In this document: positions 25,451 to 38,608 of the stretch, piece after piece | Position numbering within the stretch: position 1 is the stretch's first letter | Layout: the number at the start of each line of letters is the position of its first letter | From: Trichosphaerium sp. ATCC 40318 | Lineage: Eukaryota; Protista; Tubulinea | Reading direction: 5' to 3' | NCBI GenBank assembly: GCA_038496445.1 | Contig: JALMLS010000186.1 | Span: forward strand, 62,001 to 126,000 | DNA: 64,000 bases | Program-made: the position numbers and the translations under genes | The notes under the pieces: model-generated | The model's input: the letters and a program-made list of their open reading frames with translations, nothing else | Database searches by the model: none | Told to the model about the DNA's origin: nothing

Positions 25451-27056
25451 GAAATAAATTCGCCTTTTTAGTTAAAATAGTCTTGACTAGCTTGTATTTG
25501 TTGACTATCGAACCTTATGTTGTCGTCCGAGCGTAATTAATTTGCCAATATCTGCCTTCTTGTTTTAAACACTTAGTTGAGCTGATCACGTGAGCTGTTG
25601 GTTTTATCGAGAAGCAAGTACCACTGCTAGCTTCTAGGATATCAAGGATAACTGAAAGGCATACACTTTAATGAATACAAGAGGACACTTGATGTTAATA
25701 TACGCGGATTCAGTTAAGTAAAAGTACTTTCCACGTGATTTGACAGTCTAGCGGAAAAAATGTCAACTACTGTCCATCGCAAGTAAGTTTGCGGAGACAA
25801 TCGTATGGATCGATCCATTGGCACAGATTGATTTGACAGCTTCTCGTTTGTACAAACACGGAAATATCAAAGAAATAAAACAAGTAAAATAAGATTGTCT
25901 TTGGTCTTATTTGTTCTAATACACACGAAACATGACAAACATACTAGCGATTGTTTTGTTATGCTTTTATTGTTGTCGCTCACAAGTATTACAAGATATT
26001 GTCTGTTTCATTCAAGTTTTGAGACTGATCAAAATAAACTGTCGAGTAGTTAATTGTAGTTGAGATATTTACCACCTAATTGTTTTTTAATTCCTTACCT
26101 TCCCAAACAAATCTGTTAATGGGTAATTCTTGAAAACATTAACTTTTTTTTGTAGTGTTCAACAGTTGAGGGTTTGTAGTTGTTATTTATTCCAACACAA
26201 ACTTACATTTCTACTACCAAAATGACCTGTTTTAGATACGATTACAATCAACACATCATCGTATTTTTCTTGTTGATATACGTTGCACCCATATTCCTAG
26301 CAATTAATTGTCAGTATCCAACTAAACAAAGCGAACTTGAGAAACAAACAAACCTTGTGAACAATAAGAGTAAAATATTTTGCGCACGTGGACAAAATAA
26401 CGATTTGGCGATAACGAACAATGTCATCATTGGTATTGTGTTCAATGAGGTAATGATAAAGCCAACTTCTTTTAAAATCACTTTTTCTGTAGCACCTGCC
26501 ATCTTTTTGTGAGCGTTTAAACAATTATTTAAAGTACAACACATCTCCGAGTTCACGGCATGTGATCCCTTGATTGTACACCCGCCCGGACTTCATCATC
26601 TCACGGAATAAACTAGACAACCACTACTTTTACATACCCGCTCCCTCTCACATTTTCTGCCAACAGGAACTTGATGTGTCACATGCTGGCGGTTGGAGAA
26701 AAGTGATTTGGTTTTGCATATTGTGAGCTTAGTTTTCATTGTAGTTGTATGTCAACGTGTTATACTGTTATTTAGTGTTGGTGAAGTAACTGGGAACTAT
26801 GGAATCTCATGTGCACTTATGGACTCTGAAGGAAAGCAAAATGCCTGTATTTATATACCTAATGTATTCTTGAAAGAGTTTGGTTGGCTACGATTTCTTC
26901 ATGTATATTATAAATGTGTTTTAACAGATGATCACCACATTTTTGTATGAATGACAGATACAAAGAGATGGCATGTCTGACAAGCTGGAAGCTGTGCTTT
27001 GTATGATGTAAAATATGAGCCAAATTCACTGCACTACCTTCATAAGTATTCACAAT

Positions 27057-27856
27057 TCATACAGTATGTATGTTATTTTGTATTTTTTTCTTAGTAACCA
27101 ACTCTTTTGAAATATTCATACACTGGCACACTTCAATACAATCTGCATTTAATCTATGTATACCCTCATCTGTGACTTTCACACAACCATAAAGCTTTAT
27201 TTCTTTGACCTTTGATAATGTCTTGATAGAGTCATCTGTTACATTTCGTGCTGATAACTTTAAATACTTGACATTCTTCAACGCTTTTATACAATCATCA
27301 TTGATATGATCTCCAGACAAATAAACTGTCTCAGTATACTTTAAGCCCTTGATACCACTTGCTCCCACTTTAGGACATTCTTTTAGATCAATGTACTTTA
27401 CATGTTTCCAGAAAAATGAACCATCTGCCTTTCTTATTTTTTTCCCTTTTCCCAACGCTTTGACACCCTCATCTGTTATATTTTGACAGTTTGCCAAGAT
27501 AATAGTATGAACACCATGTAACATCTTTAAACTTCTGTCTGTAACAGCTGTATACGATAAATCAATTGTATGAACACCAGCTAATGCCTTGACGCCCTCA
27601 TCTGTTATTTTATGGCAACGTGATAAGTTAATAGTACGTACACCTTTCAATAAGTACAAATACTTATCACTGATATCTCTTGAAATCAACCAAGTATCAA
27701 TAGAGGTATTTTGAAGTAAAGAGCTTCCAGAAAGAAGAGATATTTCCCTTTTGCTTTTAACCATTATTACGCCATATCCAACATGGTTGTGAACAATATC
27801 TCGCAATAAACGGCATGTTTGTGCTGAGCGGAGAGTAAAAGAGCCTTGTTTCAGGA
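27057..27856 (-). pseudogene. Chimeric F-box/LRR gene lacking its start and half of the F-box
   Basis: 5' part nearly identical to the 29433 gene, 3' part nearly identical to the 31203 gene; homology breaks at 27856. Confidence 0.85.
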
Positions 27857-28098
27857 CGGACCCACGTTTTTTCCGAATTTTTCGAAAGAATTCGATACAA
27901 AAACCGAATGCCTATACCCACCAATGGATCACTATATGTGAGCGAAGGTCGGGTTCTAGTTCCGAGCACAGCGAGGACCCGACCGTAAGTGAACCAGGCG
28001 CTTTCTAGTTTAGTGGACTGCCCTAGCTATGCATCTTTCTACGAATTCTATTTTTTCGAATTTTTGTTTTCGGAAAATTCGGAAAAAACTATGGCCCC
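27857..28098. mobile_element. 242-bp MITE-like insertion with imperfect TIRs and an internal hairpin
   Basis: Left end ggacccacgttttttccgaatttttcgaaa vs reverse complement of right end ggggccatagttttttccgaattttccgaaa; replaces 117 bp present in the paralog (29434-29550). Confidence 0.7.
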
Positions 28099-29433
28099 TT
28101 TTAAACCTAACACGTGGTCACTTTTTTTAATTTTGTGGTGTTGTAGCGTGAAGAATGTAAATGTCATCAAAGAGCTTTGCTACACGATAGTAGATCAATG
28201 ATGTAACGCTCCAGACTACTGAGTCTCAGACTTAACCTATCTAAAACAACTTAATAAAGAACTTTTTATACTAATCTCGGTTACGTTATCTCTTAAACCT
28301 TACAAATGAACAGTTCTACAGCATAACAAGTGGTATGTCCAAAATACTCATTGTAGATATAAAGTATCGTCCGCCCTTATTTATTAATGGCAGCATACCT
28401 TTTTGCCTTACACAACAACTTTTGAATTCTGACAATCTTTGATCTAACATTCAAGTACCTGTTTAAACATTGGCCTTAGTTTCAGGAGTAGTTTCAGTTT
28501 GTTGGAACCCAACAAACGATGCAATGACAAGAGTGAGTTCTCTCATTGATTACGGACAAGGGAGTGGTGCTAACAGGAATCGTGTCACCTTCAGGGATGG
28601 CAGACTTGTTATAACATTAATTATCGCCAATAGAAGTATTATTGGCTTCTTACTTTAAATGTTTGGTACAACGGAGAGTGATATAGAGACCTATAACTTA
28701 TGTATATATAATAGATACACCCAACGTACATACCACTCCATAGTTAAGATGCGTTGCCAAGTGATTTTGTGACATGAACCTTTTGTGCTTTAAAAACATG
28801 TGTTATGGTGTAGTCGCAGGATATTTTGTTATTTTGATACATCATCGAAATTAGTACAGTTGTTGTTCAATGTAAATCCAGTCGTCACATGCGATAAAAC
28901 GCAAATCTAGATGAAAATCCACAATTGCCTTGTACGTGAAAGGATAGGTGGAGAATTCTTGTTCCCTACAATCTGTACAACAATCCAAAAATATCTTCAA
29001 CGTGAATGTGGTACCGTGGCATCATGAGAAAAGATTGAGTGTTGAACACAAGTACCACGTTTTCAACATGTCTAATGCATGGAGATTTACATCCTTCAAA
29101 GAGTCAGGTCTACTGGCAGACTGATATCATTACAATATTGGGTCAGAACAATAAAGAGCGAGGTATGTAAATTACAAAGAAGACGAGTAGCAAGGTCTAT
29201 GGTACAAGAACGGGCTGCTTTACCTACAAGGGTGCTATGCTAGTGGGAAAGAAGATGGACAGTAAAAGCAATAGCCAAAACAAGTGTAGAATGCTTACTG
29301 ATTTATTTGCACATGGTTGACTTGTATAATTCGTTGATCTACTATCGCGTAGCAAAGCTCTTTGATGACATTTACATTCTTCACGCTACAACACCACAAA
29401 ATTAAAAAAAGTGACCACGTGTTAGGTTTAAAA
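28099..29433. repeat. Inverted upstream arms (28099-28198 vs 29334-29433) of a head-to-head F-box/LRR pair
   Basis: About 100-bp reverse-complement match, with homology continuing into the coding regions. Confidence 0.88.
28940..29290 (+). pseudogene. Degenerate MORN-repeat remnant
   Basis: Broken frames containing WYKNG (tggtacaagaacggg, also present near 41122), GKEDGQ and HGD. Confidence 0.5.
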
Positions 29434-30266
29434 TGGTCAACAATGGTAGTTTTAAAACGAAATCAACACCTTCTTGTTTACATCACTGCTTTATGGAAGA
29501 TAATAACACAATGGACCTTATTTACCTGCCTTTTGAAATAATCGTTCATATCCTGAAACAAGGCTCTTTTACTCTCCGCTCAGCACAAACATGCTGTTTA
29601 TTGCGAGATATTGTTCACAACCATGTTGGATATGGCGTAATAATGGTTAAAAGCGAAAGGGAGATATCTCTTCTTTCTGGAAGCCTTTTACTTCAAAATA
29701 CCTCTATTGATACTGTTTTGACTTCAAAAAATATCAGTGATAAGCACTTGTACTTATTGAAGGGTGTACATACTATTAACTTATCAGAATGTAATTTAAT
29801 TTCAGATGAGGGCATCAAGGCTTTAGCTGGTGTTCATACCATTAGATTGGCGTGGTGTAGTGATATTACAGATGATGGTGTTAAGGCATTGGCTGGCGTC
29901 CATACAATTGATTTATCATATACAGCTGTTACAGATAATGGAGTCAAGGCTTTAGCTGGTGTTCACACTATTGACTTATCAGATACAGCTGTTACAGATA
30001 ATGGTGTCAGGGCATTGGCTGGTGTTCATGAGATTGATTTAGAAGGTACTGCAATTACAGATAATGGTGTCAGGGCATTGGCTGGTGTTCATGAGATTGA
30101 TTTAGAAGGTACTGCAATTACAGATGAATGTTTGAAGTACTTAGTTGGTGTTCATACTATTACCTTATATAATACAAATGCAACTAAAGAGGGTACCAAG
30201 GTATTGATTGGTGTACATAAAGTTAAATGGGAGAGTAATTATTTTAACAAGGTTCTGCCTGATTAA
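29433..30266 (+). CDS. Intronless F-box/LRR protein
   Basis: LIYLPFEIIVHILKQG...AQTCCLLRDIV; (AGVHTIDLSxTAVTDNGVKAL)n; likely start is ATG 29493 or 29511. Confidence 0.9.
   Translation: MVNNGSFKTKSTPSCLHHCFMEDNNTMDLIYLPFEIIVHILKQGSFTLRSAQTCCLLRDIVHNHVGYGVIMVKSEREISLLSGSLLLQNTSIDTVLTSKNISDKHLYLLKGVHTINLSECNLISDEGIKALAGVHTIRLAWCSDITDDGVKALAGVHTIDLSYTAVTDNGVKALAGVHTIDLSDTAVTDNGVRALAGVHEIDLEGTAITDNGVRALAGVHEIDLEGTAITDECLKYLVGVHTITLYNTNATKEGTKVLIGVHKVKWESNYFNKVLPD
29992..30126 (+). repeat. Perfect 63-bp tandem duplication (one LRR unit)
   Basis: ttacagataatggtgtcagggcattggctggtgttcatgagattgatttagaaggtactgcaa occurs twice. Confidence 0.95.
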
Positions 30267-31202
30267 AATTGTGTTGGAAAAAAACCAAGGTCCCAGTCTT
30301 GATTAAATATGAAAGAAATGAAGTGTAGATTACTAGTTAGGTTAGTTTATCGTTATTGAGTCACCCATTGTTGAGCCAATGTTAGTAATTGGTACCATTT
30401 TTACCTAACAATAAGAGGTTAATTGGAAGGGTTTAAACAAGTCTGATTCCTTTTACCACCAACACCTCCGCCAATTGCTTTGTTTAGGTGCAACAGTTTA
30501 AGTGCAATGTTGCCACTATGAACAGTTTTTTGAAATCTTTTTTTGAACAGTTTACATAAGTGCAAGTTGCTTCCATGAGCACTGCCAAGATAAAATTGTA
30601 TTTATCTTTTGATACAAATACATACCATTACCACGTGGTATTTCAATCCAATTTTGGTTTTTTCTTTTCTGTCTCCACAGGGAGTTTTTCTTTGAACAAT
30701 ACATATGAAGCGTCATGTTCACATGTATTTCCTTGGAGTTTGAAAAGCAACTTTCCAATTTTATCTACTTTGGCATTAAGTTTGAACAGAAATGTGACGG
30801 GGTAAGTGGTTTGAAAACAATCAGCATCTGTGATGTGATATGCTTATTTATAGCCTTCTATTATTGTTGTTTAGAAAGTACTAATCCAATAAGTCAAACC
30901 TCTTTCTATCTTTTGGGAATAGGAGAACTTATCTTTTTGTGCTTAAGCACATGTAGATCGATGTATGGATGTATTGCTTGATTGGTTCATACCTCACCAC
31001 ACTGGATCTACTATAGCTTTGTCGAAACATGTCCGTGATGCGCCTATTTTTGATAACTCTATCATTTTGTAGTTGTACCCAATGGCAATAAGCAATACAA
31101 AGTAAATAAGTTTTGAAAAGTGAAATTTGTTTTTATTTTGTCACAACACTGAAATTGCTTGTCTGACGTCAAGTTTAATGAACCATATCATACAGTAATC
31201 GG

Positions 31203-32280
31203 TTACGATGTAGAAGAGCATTCTGAAGTCCCTGCACTTGATTCCTCAAAAGATTCTGAGTCTTCATACGATGATTCTTCACAATAAAAACAGTATGTGT
31301 ATGTTATTTTTTTCTTAGTAACCAACTCTTTTGAAATATTCATACACTTGCACACTTCAATACAATCTGCGTTTAATCTACGTATACCCTTATCTGTGAC
31401 TTTCCCGCAACCATAAAGCTCTATTTCTTTGACCTTTGATAATGTCTTGATAGAGTCATCTGTTACATTTCGTGCTGATAACTTTAAATACTTGACATTC
31501 TTCAACGCTTTTATACAATCATCACTGATATGATCTCCAGACAAATAAACTGTCTCAGCATACTTTAAGCCCTTGATACCACTTGCTCCCACTTTAGGAC
31601 ATTCTTTTAGATCAATGTACTTTACACGTTTCCAGAAAAATGAACCATCTGCCTTTCTTATTTTTTTTCCTTTTCCCAACGCTTTGACACCTTCATCTGA
31701 TACTCCACTTCCACCCAATACCGCCTTTTCAGCTCCTGCTAGAGCCTTGATACCGATATCCGTTACAAGTGGCGATGAAATATTAATTGATTTGAGACCT
31801 CTCAATGCCTTGACGCCCTTGTTTGTAATCTTTTTTGAAGTGATGTAAATATGTTCAACTCCTTTAAGTGCCTTCAATCCCTTATCAGTAATGTTGTCCA
31901 TCCCATATAGAGTCACATCACGCGCACCAGATAGCAAACATACGCCTTTGTCAGTTATGTGTGGCATATTGTAAAGGTGTACGGACTTAACACCTGACAG
32001 AAACTTTAAGTCTTCGTCCAAAATGTCATCACATCGTATGAGTGTAATGTTTGAGTTCTCGAGCACTCCCTTGTAATTGAGAATCCTTTCAAGTATGCCG
32101 CGTTTCCTTAAAGTAACTGATACATAACCGACAATATCATGAATGATTGTTGAAAACAAGATACAAGTCTCAACAAGAGAAAAACGTGATTTTGACAGAA
32201 ACGAGAAAATAATCGCCAATATCTCTACCGGAATATCTTGAATATTCAGGTCCTTGTTACCTTCGTTTACCCTTATACAA
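31203..32280 (-). CDS. F-box/LRR protein with acidic tail; no in-frame ATG before the F-box
   Basis: Frame extends upstream as IRVNEGNKDLNIQDIPVEILAIIFSFL until a TAA; LRRs follow; ends EESSYEDSESFEESS... Confidence 0.8.
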
Positions 32281-32673
32281 AGCGCTTAGATGAAGAGTAT
32301 CGAAGAAAAAAATTGACAAAATAGACGAAGACTTGCTCCTTTTTTTTTTCGGTTTTTCGGTTTTCTGCCTAAACTTTTCGGTTTTTTGGACGTAAACGTG
32401 TCTTGCTCTTAGAACTTTCATATTTCATGTTCTTGAGTGTATCGTACCTATTTTCCATCTATTTGGTTGTTTTGCAGTACAAAGCAATAATTAGGTTGAT
32501 TTCAGTCCAGCAAAGGGTAACGAGGAGCCTTGCTACTATCAAATTGTATCCTTATCGTATCTTTCCGTTTTGAGAAAGAAAAAGCTTGACTAAAAGGGTC
32601 AAAAAAACCTCGCACAGAAATACAGCTGCATTTGGTGTTGAAACCAGATTTTATTGATTGAGAACAATGTTGT

Positions 32674-33939
32674 TTAAGCACCAATAGTTTCGTAGATCCA
32701 TTTGTTGGCATAAGAGACACGTCCATATACACCAAAGTTATCTGGGCGAGCACATCCGATACCCCTTTGAACAGTTAGAAATCGTAAAAAGTTGAGATTA
32801 GAAACTTGCGTACCATGAGACAATACCAACTTGGATCCAAGTTCCCTCAGGGTTGATTACCATAGGACCACCAGAGTCTCCTTGGCAAGCGTCTTTGCAT
32901 TTCGGTTGGTTTAGACCATTGCATGGGCCTATCTTACCAGCACAGATCATGGTTTCGTCAACATCATATTGAGCGTAGTATTTAGCACACTCAACGTTTC
33001 TAAACCTTTGGTGAGAAAAAACAAAGAAATACAAAAGAGATCATTTGTACGTTGTAAGAGGTACATCTACCCAACGTAAAAAGTCTGTGGCTGCGCCACC
33101 TTCGCTCATGGCGCCCCAACCGGTTGTGAATGCATCAGCATTAGCTTCATCCCATTTGTCATCCTCAGGTGTAGCCAATTGAATTGGGAAACTAAACGGA
33201 GTAAGCAAAAAAAAAATATGATCATAGGCACTTGACGTACGTCACGGTGTCCATTTCGATTTCTCCGTCGATTGGAAGTACAGCGAAATCTCCAGCTAGG
33301 TTGAAAGGGTTGTAGCCAGGGTATCTGATAGCAGGTCCAGTCTCGTATCTAAATAGTACGAGTTAGCCCACTACACATCTGAAAGTTCGTTTGAACAACC
33401 ATTAAAGTGGGAAAGACTTATTGAACGTACACTTTACCACCTCCGCTACCTGCGCGCTTATCAAGGGAACCTAACAAATCATTAATTTATGTGCGTTTCA
33501 CGTGACCGACAGTACAAAGACCAAAAGAACAAGAAAATTGTTGGGTCAACTTTTAATTTCGATAGCCAGATCTCACACACTTACCTGCTTTGATTCTATA
33601 GCGCCCTCCAACTGCTACGCAGTGAGCAGCAGTGAGAACCCACTTTGAGTTGAGGATAGAACCTCCACAGAATTGTTCGCCAGAACCACTTCCAAGTAGA
33701 GCCACTGTCCACCCAAAGGTGTTTGGTGCCTCAACAGACTCACCACCAACGATACCAATACTAAAAAAACAGTTAGTAGTAGTCACTTGGAGCAAAAACT
33801 AAAGGACACACGTATGGTTCTTGTACAAGAATGGGTTAACATCCTCGTAGTTAAACTTTTCGTAACGGAGTTCATAAGGGATTTCCATGGCGATAGCCGC
33901 TACTAAGAGGGCAGCCACTGCTAGAAGAACTCTTGCCAT
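32674..33939 (-). CDS. Secreted trypsin-like serine protease (S1A)
   Basis: Signal peptide; IVGG; [17 protein letters not shown]; GDFAVL; [10 protein letters not shown]; multi-exon. Confidence 0.95.
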
Positions 33940-35142
33940 ACTTGCTGTGTGGTAGAATAACTGAAGAATAGTCAAATAACTTAAAAGGGATGATATAAAA
34001 AGATAAAAAAATAGATCAACTGGGTTAACCCAAATACTGAATATGCCACAATTACCTAAAACCAAACAAAAATAGACACAGAAATTTCTGAAAGACACCT
34101 CAACCACAAAATATGGACAGAAATGTCGTAAGACACCTCAGCTAACTTTGTTTTTCCGTAAGTTCCGAATTTGTTTGTACTGGACGACACTACTAATCAC
34201 TTACGGGACAATTTTGTTGTATCTTAAAAATCACGTGATATATCGTTTCATTCAACAATTCATTTGGTCCGCTAGTTTATTTATGGGATGAGAACTGTTC
34301 CCAACTTGACAACAGTGGCGTGTACTGCATTCAGCATTGCCTCGATAAAACTCAATATAACAATGAACAGTTTTAGCTAAGCTAAATTGTAAGGTTAAGA
34401 TCTCTAACGCTAAAACGTTGATCAGCAACAATCCAACATGGTTGTCTAGCGTCCAGTAGCTGTAAGCGCGTCAACCACCAATGACTACTAGATAGTTTAC
34501 CTTTTCTTCCCTACGTCACTTTCTTTAGCAACAAGCGCGGTGCTTGTATAATGTAAGCCAAATAAGTGCCAAGAAGCGTTCCTAGCAATCTTCAAAGCTA
34601 TCCAATTTTGCGCTAGTTTACACTTGGTTTGCCACCAAAATCAGAAACAACATCGCCAGTGGCATAACGGATTTGGCCTATCATTAGCAAAAAATGGCAC
34701 ATAGTTTGTATGATTAACAGATGGGCAGCTTAGATATAAATATGGTGTTTGTTACAGCGAGTAGTATCTAATAGGTTTGCAAAAAGGTCGAAAGCTACTC
34801 GAGATAAAACAGTCATGAGCCAAAATCTCTGTAAAAGCCCAAAATATTGAAAAGATAACAACGTGTTGAGCAAGCGTTAGGTACACCAGAACTTGAGAAC
34901 AGATATTGCATTGCATTACTAGAAGTCAGTTTGTTTCAAGCAAGCGGGCAATGCCCAGAACAGCACAGAAAAGAACACCAGTATCTTTGACTTGAAAGTG
35001 TTTAAACAGGTTTTAGACTTGTAACTGTTCCAATTTACTTGTTCATCATACACAAATTGGAAAAAAACTCAACACGAGAAACAAAGGACAAGGTTCATTG
35101 AATGAAATTACGATTTTTATCTTTTGCAACACAACACAACCC

Positions 35143-38005
35143 TTACATTTTAGATCCTGGCCATTTATATCCTTTACTATGCTTGTAACCTAAAGAACCA
35201 TTAGACAATATCCGTAGCATCGCATAAACAAAGGAATCCTGAGGTATAAAACAAAAAAACCAAAAAAACTGTTTCTGTCAAAGATGCAACATACCGAATC
35301 TTTCAGTGAGTTCATCGTATTCTTTTGGTCCACGTGTGCCGTAAGCATACTTAACAGGTTCAACCTTATTTTGTTCAATATGATGTAACAATGGTGTAAA
35401 GATACGCCATGCTGAATCTAATTCGTCACCACGCACGAATAAGTTTTGGTCACCTAATTAAGTCAGTAAAAGCTCAAAAACAATAAACGCAAAAACCGAA
35501 GAAAGTCTTTGTCTTTTTTTTCTTCTCTTTCTTCATTTACTAACCTCGGACAACATCCAAGATAAGACGCTCATAAGCATCAGGAAGACCTTTGGATACT
35601 TCTTCGAATCTCTTATGATACGATAGATCCAATTCAGTCTCAACCTAGTCATCAGAGTTAGCAAGCAAACTACAATCATTGTAAAATACTTACAAGTTCA
35701 GAAGACAAGCCAGGAACCTTGGACATCATCTTCAAATATACAGCCTCTTGAGGCTGGATTTTGAGTACGAGCTCATTACGTGATCCATTAGGGAACAAGA
35801 AAGGTGAGTTATCCTTGAATTGAATACGAATCTCAGCTTTTCTTTCATTCTACAAAAAAAAAGTTAGGCTTTTTACTATTCCTCTTGTCATTTACATACC
35901 AATGCTTTACCACCACGCATGATGAATGGAACACCTTGCCAACGAGGGTTGTTTACGAAAAGAGTTGCTGCACAATAAGTTGGAGTGACAGAGCCTTTAG
36001 GAACAGTCTCATCATCCTAATAAAAAGTTAGTGTGTAAAACCAATACTCAGATATTTTAATTTTGACACTTACAATGTATGCAGGCTTTTTACCATCTTC
36101 ACTCTTGTCATACTGTCCAATAACAGTATGTTTAAAGTCTATTGGTGGTGTAGAACGCAAAACTTTAACCTTCTCATCGCGAACATCCTAACACACTAGT
36201 AAGCAAAACTCCAATTCCAAACCCAGAAAAAAAATCTTAAACGAATGTTGTTTGTTTGATGACGAATTTTGTTGAACAATTTGATTTCTTTACCTGTGCT
36301 GCTAGGCTAACAGGGGCTTCCATAGCAATAAGAGAGAATATTTGAGTCAAGTGATTTTGCATGACATCACGAATGATACCAAACTTATCAAAATAACCAC
36401 CACGTCCTTCAGTTCCGAAATCTTCTTTGAAAGTAATGAGAACACACTTAATAAAGTTATGATTCCATAGTGGTTCAAATACAGTATTAGCAAACCTTTA
36501 ATAAGAAATAAGTCAATAAAGACGAAAAATGACAAAAGGAAAACAACAATACCTCAATGTCATGAGATTCTGGACCATTTCTTTTCCAAGATAGTGATCA
36601 ATCCTGTATACTTGTTGTTCAACAAAATACTGCGAAAGATCACGTGACATTTGACGAGAAGACTCAAGATCCATACCAAAAGGTTTCTCAACAATAACAC
36701 GATTCCAACCAGTCTAAAAAGGAGAATTATGAGCGAAGAAAATTCCAAAAAAAAAGAAAACAAACAGCAAATAACAAAAAAAAAAAAAGGTCACGCACTG
36801 AACTCATTGCTGATGCCTTAATACATCTAGCAGAAGATACAAACACAACAGGTGGAAGCGCCATATAGAAGATACGATTAGCACCAGTAGCTAAAACAAA
36901 GAAGAAAGTGTCAGCACACACGAAGAAAACGAATTCGTTTTTTTTTTTTGTGTACCATCTTTTTTTACTGATTTTTCAGTTGTTTCTAACTCCTTTGTCA
37001 AAGCAGCAAAAGACTCTTCAGAATCGTATTGTCCAGAAAAGTAATACAACCTCTTCTTAAATTCATTTTTTTGCTCATCAGTTCCCTTTAGACTACACAC
37101 AAAAGTCAAAAACTGAAAAAAAACGTCGAACTGTTTTTTCGAAAAAAAAATTTGAAAAAAAAATTGCCCGCAACTTCGAAAAACAAATAAATCGCTTCAA
37201 TAAGCTTCTAAAAAGATGTTCAAATATATACCGCAGCGAATGTTAACATTTGTTTGTTTTTGTAGAGAGCCAGAGGCGAAAAATTGACGAAGTTTCGGGC
37301 TTTTGTTTTTTTTTTTGTTTTTTTTGGGAACAAAGGATTACTTACTAACTTGAGTTTATCTTCGCCCAGAACTTTGTCATATCCATTTTAGTACGAGCGT
37401 AACCATAGATTATGACATCCTTAGGTAGATATCCATTGATAAACAGCTTAAATAGTGCAGGGTACGTCTTTTTCTTTGCTAGATCGCCTATACATATCGT
37501 CGTTACGTCAGTGTACGTGATCGAGTTATATTTTGTTTAAACGATTTTTAATTCACAAAAAAGCGCTCCCACGTTATTGAATGTACGTAAGAACCCTGTA
37601 AAATAGAAAAGAGTATTGTATTTTTTGAACTTGCGGAAAAATATACGGGTGACGTTAAAAAACTGCAACGACTCTTCGTGGTGGTTCTGTTTGTAACATA
37701 TGCGCGTATGGTGCTCTCCGGCCGAAAGTTATTGCGGCGTACCTGAAGCTCCAAGCACAACGAACGTAAGAGTCCTATTAGGATCATCTTCCACAGCTGT
37801 GTGGTCTGTTGTTGTTTTCTCGCAATGTACGAGTGGCAAATCAACCGATTGGCCCAAAGGGTGGGTCTGCTTCAAAGACGCCTTCACAAAGTGTCAGTAT
37901 AACTCTAACGTGCCTGTTCGTATTTTACAAGCTTCGTACCTCCAAGACCTTGATACGGTCACGTAGTTCCTTATTCTCTTTGCGTAGTGTTGCGTCAGAA
38001 GACAT
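35143..38005 (-). CDS. G6PD: Glucose-6-phosphate 1-dehydrogenase
   Basis: [72 protein letters not shown]; multi-exon. Confidence 0.97.
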
Positions 38006-38608
38006 TTGAGCGGTTATGAAAAATATGGCACAAAAAAAATTAACGAACAATAGTAAACTTAGTAATTTTGTCGTTGAGACCATTATTAAGCATTTGGATA
38101 CTAGAACAATACGATTTAACACAATTGAACTAGTCAAGACATTTCTGCGTTCACATATGCGTAACGTACGTTTGTTTTGCGTTACAACAAAGGTGACTAC
38201 TTTTTCTTGAACTACCAACAGTCAATCCACTGTTGCAAGTTGCTTGTTTGACACTATGAGCAATAGTTGCGTCACCCATTGTCACGTAAGCGCTCTTTGC
38301 TTCGTTTCGTACACGTGGAATAGTGACCAGATTTGCATGATAAATTTATGTACATCACATGGTCACCATTAAACTGTTGATTCATGTGTGCAGCGAGCTA
38401 TGACATGATTGTACCTATAGCATCACTCTACAGAATTGCAGATGATACCGTCTTCCTCTGGCCACTGAAAATGGAGATTGCTTGTAAAAAAGTTATCGCA
38501 AATCTGGTAGTCAAATTACTTCAAAATCAATTAATTTTACGTTTAGTTGCAGTAAAAGTGTGATACTAGTTCATACAGGTTGCATTTAATACGCAACAAC
38601 TCGTAAAA

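Noticed and set aside
29800-30130. CRISPR-like repeat/spacer pattern
   Set aside because: The periodicity is 63-66 bp and in frame, so these are coding LRR units; no cas genes.
30420-31060. Possible decayed F-box gene on the minus strand (LSKIGASRTCFDKAIVDPVW*)
   Set aside because: Resemblance is weak with many stops; it cannot be supported without an alignment.
15754-32280. Intact endogenous giant virus or Polinton
   Set aside because: No capsid, polB, packaging ATPase or integrase was seen, and intron-rich genes are interleaved.
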